IMG/VR virus record: IMGVR_UViG_2974541498_000001
Coordinates: 72,609-136,608 of that record
DNA: 64,000 nucleotides
DNA from: a virus
Lineage: Duplodnaviria; Caudoviricetes
Strand: one strand, 5' to 3'
Below are positions 55,934 through 64,000 of this stretch, piece after piece (positions within the stretch are counted from its first letter, which is position 1; each line of letters starts with the position of its first letter). Below the pieces are notes generated by a model. That model had not been told where the DNA came from and made no database searches. It worked only from the letters and a program-made list of their open reading frames with translations. The translations under genes and the position numbers were made by a program.

Positions 55934-57193
55934 ATGAATTATAAAGAAGAAAACTTAAATGGGAACTATGAACGTCTTGCTGTTATCTATGGATACTTGC
56001 AGAAGGCTATGGGTAAGGTAACGCTATCAAGTGCTAATAAGGTTCTTAATGAATTAGGGTTTGACCGGATGACTAGAAAAGATTATGTCTTTTCACAAAA
56101 GGTTATTAATGAAAAAGAAGATCTTAAAGATATTATTACAAATACGATTGATGGAGTTATTTCTTTAGATGATTTAAAGAATGCTCAGGGGAATACACCT
56201 AATAACAGTATGGAGAATAACTTGGATGATGTTTTAACCCCCTATATGAAAACACATCAACGTAGCTTGGATAACTCTCGTGAATATAAGCAGTTAACCC
56301 GAGAAGAAGCAAGATATCAAAATAGATTAGATGACGTTTATAGCAAGTTATCTCAGGATATTAAGGAAAATGCTATTTCAGTTGATCTTCCCCCAATTAT
56401 TAAGACTAAAAAGGAAGAAAAGTCTTTAATTATTACTGGTAGCGATTATCATGTAGGAAATTCCTATAAGATTAAGGGAAATACTTATAATTTTGAAATA
56501 TTAAAGAAACGTGTAAGATCCTATACAGAATCTGCTATTAATTATGGTGAAAGCTTAGGAATTACCCACGTATATTTTATTCATTTAGGAGATTTAATCG
56601 AAGGAATTAACATGCGAGCAACTAATCAAGCATATTTCGATGAATTTACTTATTCTGAACAGGTTTCTAATGGTATTAAACTATTAGTTTGGCAAATTAA
56701 GGAATTAACTAAGCATTTCAAAGTTACTTTTGGTTTAGTTCAAGGTAATCATGATAGAACAGATGGCAATAAAAATTCTGCTGTTTACGGTGACGGTGCC
56801 ATGCGACTTGTTTTAGAACAGCTTTTGTTGTTCAAAGAAAATAACGTATTCAATAATCTAGAAATTTTAGATAATCGGGACGATATTTATAATTTGGAAT
56901 TTGATGTTTTAGGTAAGCATATTATGTGTACTCATGGGGAAACTATTAAACGTAACGCTACGGATAACATCGCTAAGCATATGCGTAATCAAAAAATCGA
57001 TTTATTATTGGGTGGGCATTACCATTCATTCTTATCTAAGGAAGAAAATAATGCTTCTATGGTAGCAATCTCTGGATCAATGAAGGGATATGATATGTAT
57101 TCTAAAACTTTGAATATGGGAGATTCTGTTGCTAGCCAATTGATGGTTGTTCTTGATAAGAATTCTATTGAATTGAAGACAGTATTCCTTTAG
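55934..57193 (+). CDS. Metallophosphoesterase / putative exonuclease
   Basis: SDYH, GDLIE, GNHDR, THG, GHYH. Confidence 0.85.
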   Translation: MNYKEENLNGNYERLAVIYGYLQKAMGKVTLSSANKVLNELGFDRMTRKDYVFSQKVINEKEDLKDIITNTIDGVISLDDLKNAQGNTPNNSMENNLDDVLTPYMKTHQRSLDNSREYKQLTREEARYQNRLDDVYSKLSQDIKENAISVDLPPIIKTKKEEKSLIITGSDYHVGNSYKIKGNTYNFEILKKRVRSYTESAINYGESLGITHVYFIHLGDLIEGINMRATNQAYFDEFTYSEQVSNGIKLLVWQIKELTKHFKVTFGLVQGNHDRTDGNKNSAVYGDGAMRLVLEQLLLFKENNVFNNLEILDNRDDIYNLEFDVLGKHIMCTHGETIKRNATDNIAKHMRNQKIDLLLGGHYHSFLSKEENNASMVAISGSMKGYDMYSKTLNMGDSVASQLMVVLDKNSIELKTVFL

Positions 57194-57207
57194 AAAGCAG
57201 GGATAAA

Positions 57208-57567
57208 TTGGAAATATTAGAAAATGTTCTACTTATGAATATCCCAATTGCCACCGTTTGGTATATCCGATGCTTAATTATTTTTAATGTTATGCATAAT
57301 TCAGAAGGATATTCTACTGTGTATACCTTAACTTCGGAATTTCTAGTAAATACTATAGTAAGCTTAATTGGTTATTATATCATTGCAGGAATTTCAAATA
57401 GCTATGTTCCTATTGGTAAATACTTGCTATTTGTTCTTTTATCAGTAGTTGGATACTTTATTATTCATATATTATCTTCTTTTATTAATGGTAGTATAGA
57501 CACGCTTATTATTAAGCATCATATTAATAAGAAAATTAAAGAAGATGCTAAAAAAGACCTTAAATAG
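57208..57567 (+). CDS. Membrane protein (3 TM)
   Basis: Hydrophobic segments, basic C-tail. Confidence 0.6.
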   Translation: MEILENVLLMNIPIATVWYIRCLIIFNVMHNSEGYSTVYTLTSEFLVNTIVSLIGYYIIAGISNSYVPIGKYLLFVLLSVVGYFIIHILSSFINGSIDTLIIKHHINKKIKEDAKKDLK

Positions 57568-57605
57568 GTCTTTTCTTATATTATTAATAGTAAGGAGGAA
57601 ATATC

Positions 57606-58127
57606 TTGGAAGAAAATAGTTATAGAACTGGGATTATTCGTATTAATAAAGAGCCTCAATATTTTGTTGAAATGTACTCTAAAGGGGATACTATTGCAGT
57701 ATATGATGTGCGTTTAGACCACTATGATAATAATAATAATCCGGTTTACGGTAAGGATTTTAAAATGGTTGAGAAACGTCAACCGGTATATACTAGAGGA
57801 AAATTGGGCAAGATTCTTAATAGTCTAATTGATGTTAGCAATAAGAAAGATCCTAAAAAAGTAAAGGCAGTTAAACCACCATTATTCATTGCCGATATTG
57901 AGTATGGAGTAGATAGCTTCGATGGTAAATATACTTTAGGGTTTGAAGAACGATTACCCGACACCTTGATTATGAATGATTCTGGTAATGTTGTGGATAA
58001 TAAGCATAATGAGAATACTGGGGTGTTTATTGGATTGAACAAGATCCATTGGATGAAAGAATATTTCCCGTTAGAGGATATTAAAAGAATTTCTGATGAA
58101 AAGGAAGAAAATAGATGGAAGATTTAG
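57606..58127 (+). CDS. Conserved hypothetical protein
   Basis: AAGGAGG RBS; KPPLFI...G..GF.ER...GVFIGL motif seen in Twort-like phages. Confidence 0.55.
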   Translation: MEENSYRTGIIRINKEPQYFVEMYSKGDTIAVYDVRLDHYDNNNNPVYGKDFKMVEKRQPVYTRGKLGKILNSLIDVSNKKDPKKVKAVKPPLFIADIEYGVDSFDGKYTLGFEERLPDTLIMNDSGNVVDNKHNENTGVFIGLNKIHWMKEYFPLEDIKRISDEKEENRWKI

Positions 58128-58756
58128 CATACGAAGCGAAGATAAAACAATATATTTTAGATAATCCCCACTTATTTGTTTCCCCAGATAAAACAGAGTC
58201 TACTGTATATTTTGAAAAGTCTATTTATTTTGGTAATACCATAGCAGATTGTCTTGTTTTTAATTCTTATAATCATGAGATAGGAATTGAAATAAAAACC
58301 GGCCATGATAGTACGTATAGATTAAGAAAACAGCTTAGAGATTATATAAAAGTATGTGATTATGTATGGGTAGTTATTCATGAGTCTTTGACGGAAGAAG
58401 TAATGGGGATTCTAGATGAGCTACATTTGCCGTTTGTGGGCGTTATAACCTATATAGAGTACGATGGAGACGTCGCTGGGGGTATTTACCGACAAGCAAG
58501 CTATAACCCCGTGAATAGCTCATATATGGCTCTAATGATGATGTGGTCTAAAGAGCTTAAAGTTATGGCTAAAGCAGTTGCTGAGAAAAATAATGAAAAT
58601 ATAAATAAAATGACCAAAAAATCTCAATATATTAAGTATATTATAAAAAAATTAGGTAATGAAGATGCAAAAGGCTTATTATGTAATTTTATAATAAGTG
58701 GTCAAGGAGATCCCAATAAAGTTATTAATTCCTATAGATTTAATTTAAGCAGGTGA
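58115..58756 (+). CDS. PD-(D/E)XK nuclease-like protein (sce7726/MmcB-like)
   Basis: EK....IADCLV...IGIEIKT..D...RL..QL..Y. Confidence 0.7.
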   Translation: MEDLAYEAKIKQYILDNPHLFVSPDKTESTVYFEKSIYFGNTIADCLVFNSYNHEIGIEIKTGHDSTYRLRKQLRDYIKVCDYVWVVIHESLTEEVMGILDELHLPFVGVITYIEYDGDVAGGIYRQASYNPVNSSYMALMMMWSKELKVMAKAVAEKNNENINKMTKKSQYIKYIIKKLGNEDAKGLLCNFIISGQGDPNKVINSYRFNLSR

Positions 58757-58808
58757 TATTATTTCACTAATATTAACAGATAGAGAACGGTTTTCTTCAC
58801 TAAATGCT

Positions 58809-59210
58809 ATGGGAGAAAAAGAGGGGTATTATTATGTGTCTTTCTCTAAGTCATATCTTAATCTCACGAGTAAAGAAGTAGATGAATTCCCTCAATTTTC
58901 TTTAGAGAAAGTAAGCAAATATCTAAATACAGATTTAGACTTTATTCATTTAGAACCAGGGAAATATATAGATATTGCTAATGGTAAAATAACGAATGAT
59001 TATGTTAAAATAGGTAAGAGATATATTGGTAGGATTAATACTTCATATATTATGATTAATGAAAACAACTTCTCTGTAACTTTTAGCTATTTAGCCCATA
59101 AAAGTATACCAGATTCCGCTTTTACTGGACACACTAAGTTTTATAAGTTAAAGAAGATAGGAACACATATAAAAAGAAAAAATACAAAAACAGAAGACAA
59201 GAAGGTATAA
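58809..59210 (+). CDS. Conserved hypothetical protein (may start upstream)
   Basis: YIGRI motif; synteny. Confidence 0.45.
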   Translation: MGEKEGYYYVSFSKSYLNLTSKEVDEFPQFSLEKVSKYLNTDLDFIHLEPGKYIDIANGKITNDYVKIGKRYIGRINTSYIMINENNFSVTFSYLAHKSIPDSAFTGHTKFYKLKKIGTHIKRKNTKTEDKKV

Positions 59211-59211
59211 T

Positions 59212-60012
59212 GTGAAAATACAGAATATTTTATCAAAAGCATTAGATAATAATTTTTCTTTAGTAGGAACACAATTTCAGTGTGAATGGCTACCTGTTGC
59301 GCTAAGATTTTCTAATGAGGTAAGTATTAGTGACAACAATTTAGATTTGGTTTCCTTTCCCTCTAGTAATCAAGTACAATCCGTATCTAATTTTGTTAAT
59401 ATGTTAGAAGAAAAAGAACTAGGGGCTGAAATTAACAGAGATATTATTTCTGATTTTGGAGTAAATATGAGTAATATCAAGGACTTACTCTTGCACCCAG
59501 AATCATCTAAAATAAATTATATATCTTTTACAATAAACTTAGATAAAACTATTGTTAATCATTATAGTAAGGATATTAGTATATGTGGTATCAAGTATAA
59601 AGAGATTACTATTCATTTAGAGTCGGATGCCTTTTCTGGTAATTTATATATTTTATTAAGGGAAGATACCAGCAATGGATTATCTGTTTTTACCGATTTA
59701 CTTAACAAGAAAATTAGTAAGCCAGACACTAAAAAGTTATTAGACTTTGTTAACCATCGAAATATTATGGGATTAGGTCTAGTAGCAGTTACTCTTGATA
59801 GTAAGAATGCAGAATCTTCTTTATTCCCTATTAGTAGTGATCTATCTAGTATTTCAGATAAAGAAAAGCTTTCTTTTAGAACAGATACGGGGATTGTTAA
59901 TATTCCTTGGAAGTTTATTGATAATTCTTTGATTATAAAAGAAGGATTAAATTCATATACTTTCAATATAAAATCAGGTAAAAGTCTAATTAAGCTATCT
60001 TTTCAGAAATAA
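59212..60012 (+). CDS. Conserved hypothetical protein
   Basis: EWLP.AL motif; synteny. Confidence 0.5.
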   Translation: MKIQNILSKALDNNFSLVGTQFQCEWLPVALRFSNEVSISDNNLDLVSFPSSNQVQSVSNFVNMLEEKELGAEINRDIISDFGVNMSNIKDLLLHPESSKINYISFTINLDKTIVNHYSKDISICGIKYKEITIHLESDAFSGNLYILLREDTSNGLSVFTDLLNKKISKPDTKKLLDFVNHRNIMGLGLVAVTLDSKNAESSLFPISSDLSSISDKEKLSFRTDTGIVNIPWKFIDNSLIIKEGLNSYTFNIKSGKSLIKLSFQK

Positions 60013-60146
60013 ATAAGTGAAACGGGATAATATATGAGAAACTAGTGATTTTTTCTATATTTTTACGCTAATATTCGTTTCATAATATCCTATATTACAG
60101 TTAATAAATCCTATATAATAGGGTATTTATATTAGGGGGACAAAAA

Positions 60147-60788
60147 ATGAGTTCTGAAACGAAACATAGTGCTGTGTCAGAGATTGTAAATAATAAGCAA
60201 TTAAAAATAAAAGTAGATGAAGCTTTTAAGAAAGAAGAATCCTATGAGTGGATTATTGGATTATGTAAGCAGTATGGTGTAGATGTATCTAAATCTACTT
60301 TGACTAGATATAAGAAAAAGGTAGAAGAGGCGCAAGAAACTGGAGTTCCAATTGAGGATATTGCAGACAAGCGGCAAGCATCATCAATTGATAGTAAGGA
60401 AGTATCATCTTTTGGAGAAGTTCAGCCATTAATATCTCATGTACAAGCTTTAGATGACTTTATTCAAAAAGGCTATGAAGGTATGCAAGTTAGTGGAAAT
60501 TATCCAAGTCCCAAAGATTACTTGAAAGCTATTGAATTGTATGCTAAAATTACAGATAATAGGGATAAAGGGCTAACCATACAAGGATTAAAGGAAATTA
60601 AGCTAAGAGAAGAAGCAAAAACTCAAGCTATGTCCCAAGTAATTGCCAAATATATTCCGGTAGAAAAACATGAAGAGGTTGCTAAGGACTTAGAAAAAGC
60701 GGAAAAGGAATTCTATGATTCATTGAATATGTCTGATGCGCAAAGAAAGATAAGCAAGGAATTACGAGAAGCAGGTATTGACGAATAG
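60147..60788 (+). CDS. HTH protein, putative terminase small subunit-like
   Basis: KVD....E..SY..I...CK..G..VSKSTLTRYKKK N-terminal HTH; GLT.QGL.EIKLR. Confidence 0.5.
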   Translation: MSSETKHSAVSEIVNNKQLKIKVDEAFKKEESYEWIIGLCKQYGVDVSKSTLTRYKKKVEEAQETGVPIEDIADKRQASSIDSKEVSSFGEVQPLISHVQALDDFIQKGYEGMQVSGNYPSPKDYLKAIELYAKITDNRDKGLTIQGLKEIKLREEAKTQAMSQVIAKYIPVEKHEEVAKDLEKAEKEFYDSLNMSDAQRKISKELREAGIDE

Positions 60789-60800
60789 GAGGGCACTATT

Positions 60801-61247
60801 TTGCTAGTAAGTAGTGACGTATCAATTGATTCATTAACTAAGTCAGATACTGGGATTGTTGGATTATCACAAGGAATATCAATTCTAACCAATGGTGGGA
60901 TAATTTTAGCTAAAGGCTATGATTGGGCAAAAAATGATGATGTATATTTTAGAATTAATCCAGTAACAAATCTTACCGAGATTGCCTATAGTATTGACCC
61001 AGATAATAGCCGTTTTACTTATTGGCAAGCTTATAATATTCCGATTAATGTTTTTAATCAAGTTAATTGCTACAGATATACCCCTGATTTAGCTGGAACA
61101 AAATATTATATTGGGAATACCGTCACGTACATTAGTCCAGAAACAAATGAAGAAGATTCTGCAATTGTTCTAGCTACGTATACGGATACAGATAATAACA
61201 TATACTATCAGCTAAGTCGGGAAGATAAATTATTTAAAGAAGGCTAA
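60801..61247 (+). CDS. Conserved hypothetical protein
   Basis: AGGAGG RBS; YY.LSRE motif. Confidence 0.5.
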   Translation: MLVSSDVSIDSLTKSDTGIVGLSQGISILTNGGIILAKGYDWAKNDDVYFRINPVTNLTEIAYSIDPDNSRFTYWQAYNIPINVFNQVNCYRYTPDLAGTKYYIGNTVTYISPETNEEDSAIVLATYTDTDNNIYYQLSREDKLFKEG

Positions 61248-61250
61248 TTT

Positions 61251-61862
61251 ATGGGCGCTAGTATTTACTTTAAAATAGCAAAAGATGAAAAGGCTAGTTG
61301 TATTGTTAAAAATGATGAAGAAGATACTTTGGGTAATTTTGATTTAGAATTAGATTATGTAACACCTTTACAAATAGCATTAGGTTGTTATGAAGATTTA
61401 TATGATTCTGTTGAAATAAAAGAAAGCTCAGATAAATATGTTACTTTAATTGAAAAAGCTACTCATAAGGAATATCAAATGGAAGAGGATAGTATTGACG
61501 TATTTTTATCAGACCTACTGGATAAATCCCAAGATGCTAAAACAGAGGGATATTTAGAAACTATTGATAGTTTATTAGAACCTATTACTACTATTCCTAT
61601 TACAGGAACTTATTATAAATGTGATGGCTTGTCTAGTGACTTAAAAGATATATATTATTTGATTGATGAAGGAATTAATGAAGATCCAATATTATTAACT
61701 TTTGCACTAAAGCAGTTATCTAAAGAAATATTAAAAGGTCCAGAATATAAGCATGGATTAACCAAACTTATCAATAGTATTGATTTAAAAGAAATAAAGA
61801 AAATATCAAAAGATTATTATAATAAATTTAAGGGAGCTAAAGAATATATAGGGGGAATGTAG
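61251..61862 (+). CDS. Hypothetical acidic protein
   Basis: ORF in operon. Confidence 0.45.
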   Translation: MGASIYFKIAKDEKASCIVKNDEEDTLGNFDLELDYVTPLQIALGCYEDLYDSVEIKESSDKYVTLIEKATHKEYQMEEDSIDVFLSDLLDKSQDAKTEGYLETIDSLLEPITTIPITGTYYKCDGLSSDLKDIYYLIDEGINEDPILLTFALKQLSKEILKGPEYKHGLTKLINSIDLKEIKKISKDYYNKFKGAKEYIGGM

Positions 61863-61864
61863 AA

Positions 61865-62401
61865 ATGGATAAGTCAAAAGCAACTAAACTATTAAGAGAC
61901 ACTCCAAATATTGGCATTCAATTAATAGATTATAATTCCCCATTAGCATTGAATTATCCATGTAGTTTTAAAATACCTGATAGTCAAGCTAAAGATGGAT
62001 ATATAACTTTTAGTAGTGCTAATCAGGCTTTTGCTTACAGTAAAGCCGTATTTTTTAATAGAGATGATCTGTTAGAAGATATTCTAAATTTAGAAAATAT
62101 GAGTAAGGTAGGCTCTTCATTAAAACCTTTGGGAGGAGATTCTTGGGATAAAGGAAAGTTTAGAGTGATGGTTATCTCTAATTTATATAAGTTTAAAGAT
62201 AACTCTGATTTACAAGAAGAACTATTTAAAACTAATGACAATATACTAGCTTTCTTTGGGAAAAGTATCTATTGGGACTATGGAAATCTAAAAGATTATA
62301 AAAACATTAATACTTGGACGGGATTAAATAATTTACATGAAGTTATGCAGGAAATTAAAGATATTCTACGTCCACAACGCAATGAGAATATCATCTATTA
62401 G
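61865..62401 (+). CDS. NADAR (YbiA-like) domain protein, divergent
   Basis: YPCSF...TF.S..QAF..SKA.FF; W.K.K..VM.....KF..N.DL...L..T; W.G.N.L..VM..I. Confidence 0.7.
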   Translation: MDKSKATKLLRDTPNIGIQLIDYNSPLALNYPCSFKIPDSQAKDGYITFSSANQAFAYSKAVFFNRDDLLEDILNLENMSKVGSSLKPLGGDSWDKGKFRVMVISNLYKFKDNSDLQEELFKTNDNILAFFGKSIYWDYGNLKDYKNINTWTGLNNLHEVMQEIKDILRPQRNENIIY

Positions 62402-62424
62402 CTTATATTAGAATATAGAAAGGA

Positions 62425-62706
62425 TTGATAATATTGTTTGTATATATTAAGTTCGATGAAAATGGGTATATTACTGATTTTAAGAAAGAACCAGAAGATG
62501 GCTATACAAAATCATTTGTATTAAATAAAGATATTAAAAATTTTGTAAAGTTTAGCGATAAATTTAGATGGGATACAGATAGCCAAGCGATTATTACCCC
62601 AAGTAATCTTCCTAAGACAGTAGAATATGAAGATGCTATGAATCAGATTAACTCATTAAGTACAACGATTAATAGTTTAACTAATGTTATGATTGGAGGA
62701 ATTTAG
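62425..62706 (+). CDS. Small tail-fibre-associated protein (DUF2977-like)
   Basis: YIKFDENGYIT N-terminus, C-terminal coiled coil; precedes XkdX-like gene. Confidence 0.45.
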   Translation: MIILFVYIKFDENGYITDFKKEPEDGYTKSFVLNKDIKNFVKFSDKFRWDTDSQAIITPSNLPKTVEYEDAMNQINSLSTTINSLTNVMIGGI

Positions 62707-62710
62707 TAGC

Positions 62711-63271
62711 ATGGAAAAACATACTCCATTATTTATTCCAGTAGACTATGCTTATACTATTTTTAAGAACGTGGATCTACGATGGGTGTTCGTAAAGGTA
62801 AATGCCCCCTCTGGTCTTGGTATTAATAGAGAAGAATTTTATGAAATTACTAAGCAAGACTACTATGAAGCCGCAAAAGAAAATGGTTGGACTACCCTTC
62901 CTGATTTAACCACAGTAGCACCTACCACTGTTGAAGAAACCACAGTAGCACCAACCACTGTTGAAGAAACCACAGTAGCACCAACCACTGTTGAAGAAAC
63001 TACAGTAGCACCAACCACTGTTGAAGAAACTACAGTAGCCCCTACCACTGTTAAAGAAACCACAGTAGAACCAACTACTGTTGAAGAAACCACAGTAGAA
63101 CCAACTACTGTTGAAGAAACTACAGTAGAACCAACTACTGTTGAAGAAACTACAGTAGCACCTACTACGGTAGAACCTACTACGGTAGAACCTACTACGG
63201 TTGAAGAAACTACAGTAGCCCCTACCACTGTTGAAGAAACTACGGTAGCACCTACTACAGTAGCTCCATAA
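62711..63271 (+). CDS. XkdX-like protein with 120-aa mucin-like Thr-rich tail
   Basis: GGAGG RBS before ATG 62711; INREEFYEITKQDY resembles XkdX IT.EEY.EITG..Y; 24 TTVxx pentamers. Confidence 0.65.
   Translation: MEKHTPLFIPVDYAYTIFKNVDLRWVFVKVNAPSGLGINREEFYEITKQDYYEAAKENGWTTLPDLTTVAPTTVEETTVAPTTVEETTVAPTTVEETTVAPTTVEETTVAPTTVKETTVEPTTVEETTVEPTTVEETTVEPTTVEETTVAPTTVEPTTVEPTTVEETTVAPTTVEETTVAPTTVAP
62909..63268 (+). repeat. 15/30-bp tandem repeat x24 encoding TTVAP/TTVEE/TTVEP
   Basis: accacagtagcaccaaccactgttgaagaa units. Confidence 0.97.
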
Positions 63272-63286
63272 TATTAAGATAAAATA

Positions 63287-63316
63287 AAAAGGGTCCCTAT
63301 TCGGGGTCCTTTTTTT
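63287..63316. terminator. Bidirectional terminator between converging genes
   Basis: aaaagggtccc-tattc-ggggtccttttttt. Confidence 0.75.
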
Positions 63317-63905
63317 GTTCCTTATCTTCTTCCTTATCTTCTTTATTTGACTCTTTATCACTTTTTTCTGCCAACAGCTTTTCTTTCTGATGAGTTTCCT
63401 TTAGAGCTTCTTCTAAGCTACCTCCGGCATTATAAATGTTTTTAATAACATCTTTCTGATCTTGAGTAATCCCTAGCTCATCAACGTCCGAATATACTGT
63501 TTCTTTCTTGGCATTATTCTCTGATTGCTCTTGAAAGGAACTCATAGTCTTTTCAGTACCATCTGGGAAATAGTAAATAAATAATCCACTTTGAGTATTG
63601 AGAGAAGATTGTCTTTTTGTTAATAAAACCTCGTCACTAAGTGGGTATGAATTCTCTCTATTCAAAACGTTACTAGCAAACATATATAATGAACTATCCT
63701 TTGGAATTCCCATATAAAGATATAGTGTATCTTTAGTAATATTTCCTAGGAGAATTTCTCTAATGATTAGCCTACTTGCAATACCTAAAGCCGTCTCATC
63801 ATTTACGGCAACAGATGGTTCTAACTTCCCCCGATCAAAAAGTTTCTTAATTAATTTTGGATTGTATTTATTATATAGCTTATTTGAAACATATTTCTCT
63901 AACAT
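63297..63905 (-). CDS. Hypothetical protein
   Basis: 202-aa ORF with GAAAGGG RBS on the minus strand. Confidence 0.55.
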   Translation of the reverse strand: MLEKYVSNKLYNKYNPKLIKKLFDRGKLEPSVAVNDETALGIASRLIIREILLGNITKDTLYLYMGIPKDSSLYMFASNVLNRENSYPLSDEVLLTKRQSSLNTQSGLFIYYFPDGTEKTMSSFQEQSENNAKKETVYSDVDELGITQDQKDVIKNIYNAGGSLEEALKETHQKEKLLAEKSDKESNKEDKEEDKEQKKDPE

Positions 63906-63946
63906 ACAAGCACCCTTTCTTTTTTATAATTATAACATAAAATTGT

Positions 63947-63975
63947 TTGACATTAAAGTCACTAAGTAGTATTAT
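63947..63975 (+). promoter_or_regulatory. SigmaA-type promoter for a gene beyond the window
   Basis: TTGACA-17 bp-TATTAT; AGGAGG RBS at 63988. Confidence 0.7.
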
Positions 63976-64000
63976 TATCATAAACAAAGGAGGAATTACT

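Noticed and set aside
62909-63268. Possible CRISPR array or DGR template/variable repeats
   Set aside because: Units are contiguous in-frame 15/30-mers with no unique spacers; variation is not adenine-specific; no cas or reverse transcriptase gene in the window.
62863-63361. Reverse-strand ORFs over the TTV repeats (also 52569-52884, 53378-53599) and over PQQPA (49405-49624)
   Set aside because: Antisense shadows of stop-free tandem repeats; no RBS or independent signal.
1-64000. tRNA/rRNA genes, integrase or att sites
   Set aside because: None recognised by eye; intergenic gaps are short and mostly explained by promoters and terminators (tRNAscan not run).

Overview
This is a 64-kb segment of an AT-rich, contractile-tailed, SPO1/Twort-like (Herelleviridae) phage genome, probably from a phage of lactic acid bacteria (host inferred, not shown). 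1-26.5 kb is the neck/tail/baseplate module: sheath, tube, chaperones with a likely +1 frameshift, tape measure, M23 tail lysin, spike with auto-cleaving chaperone, baseplate proteins, and a split DUF4815-type adsorption protein. 26.5-28.3 kb holds a reverse-strand plasmid-type Rep gene where tail-fibre genes usually lie. 28.3-52 kb is the replication/recombination module: intein-containing SF2 helicase, DnaB-like helicase, SbcCD, primase, resolvase, HU, PolA, SSB, RecA and sigma factor. Accessory inserts there are a Gtf3/WbbI-like glycosyltransferase, dNK, Dps, and a repeat-flanked C5-methyltransferase cassette carrying an IS200/IS605 right-end/omega-RNA-like sequence. 52-64 kb has the holin, conserved hypotheticals and a NADAR-like gene. 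The best candidate for a novel system is phage-encoded protein O-glycosylation. Four unrelated proteins (holin, a putative decoration protein, an XkdX-like protein, a baseplate protein) end in the same mucin-like TTVxP/TTVEE pentamer tag. A DxD glycosyltransferase with plant HPAT/SERGT-like motifs lies directly downstream of one of them, and a Gtf3-like enzyme is a possible extender. All assignments come from motif reading, gene order and recalled family knowledge; no searches were run.
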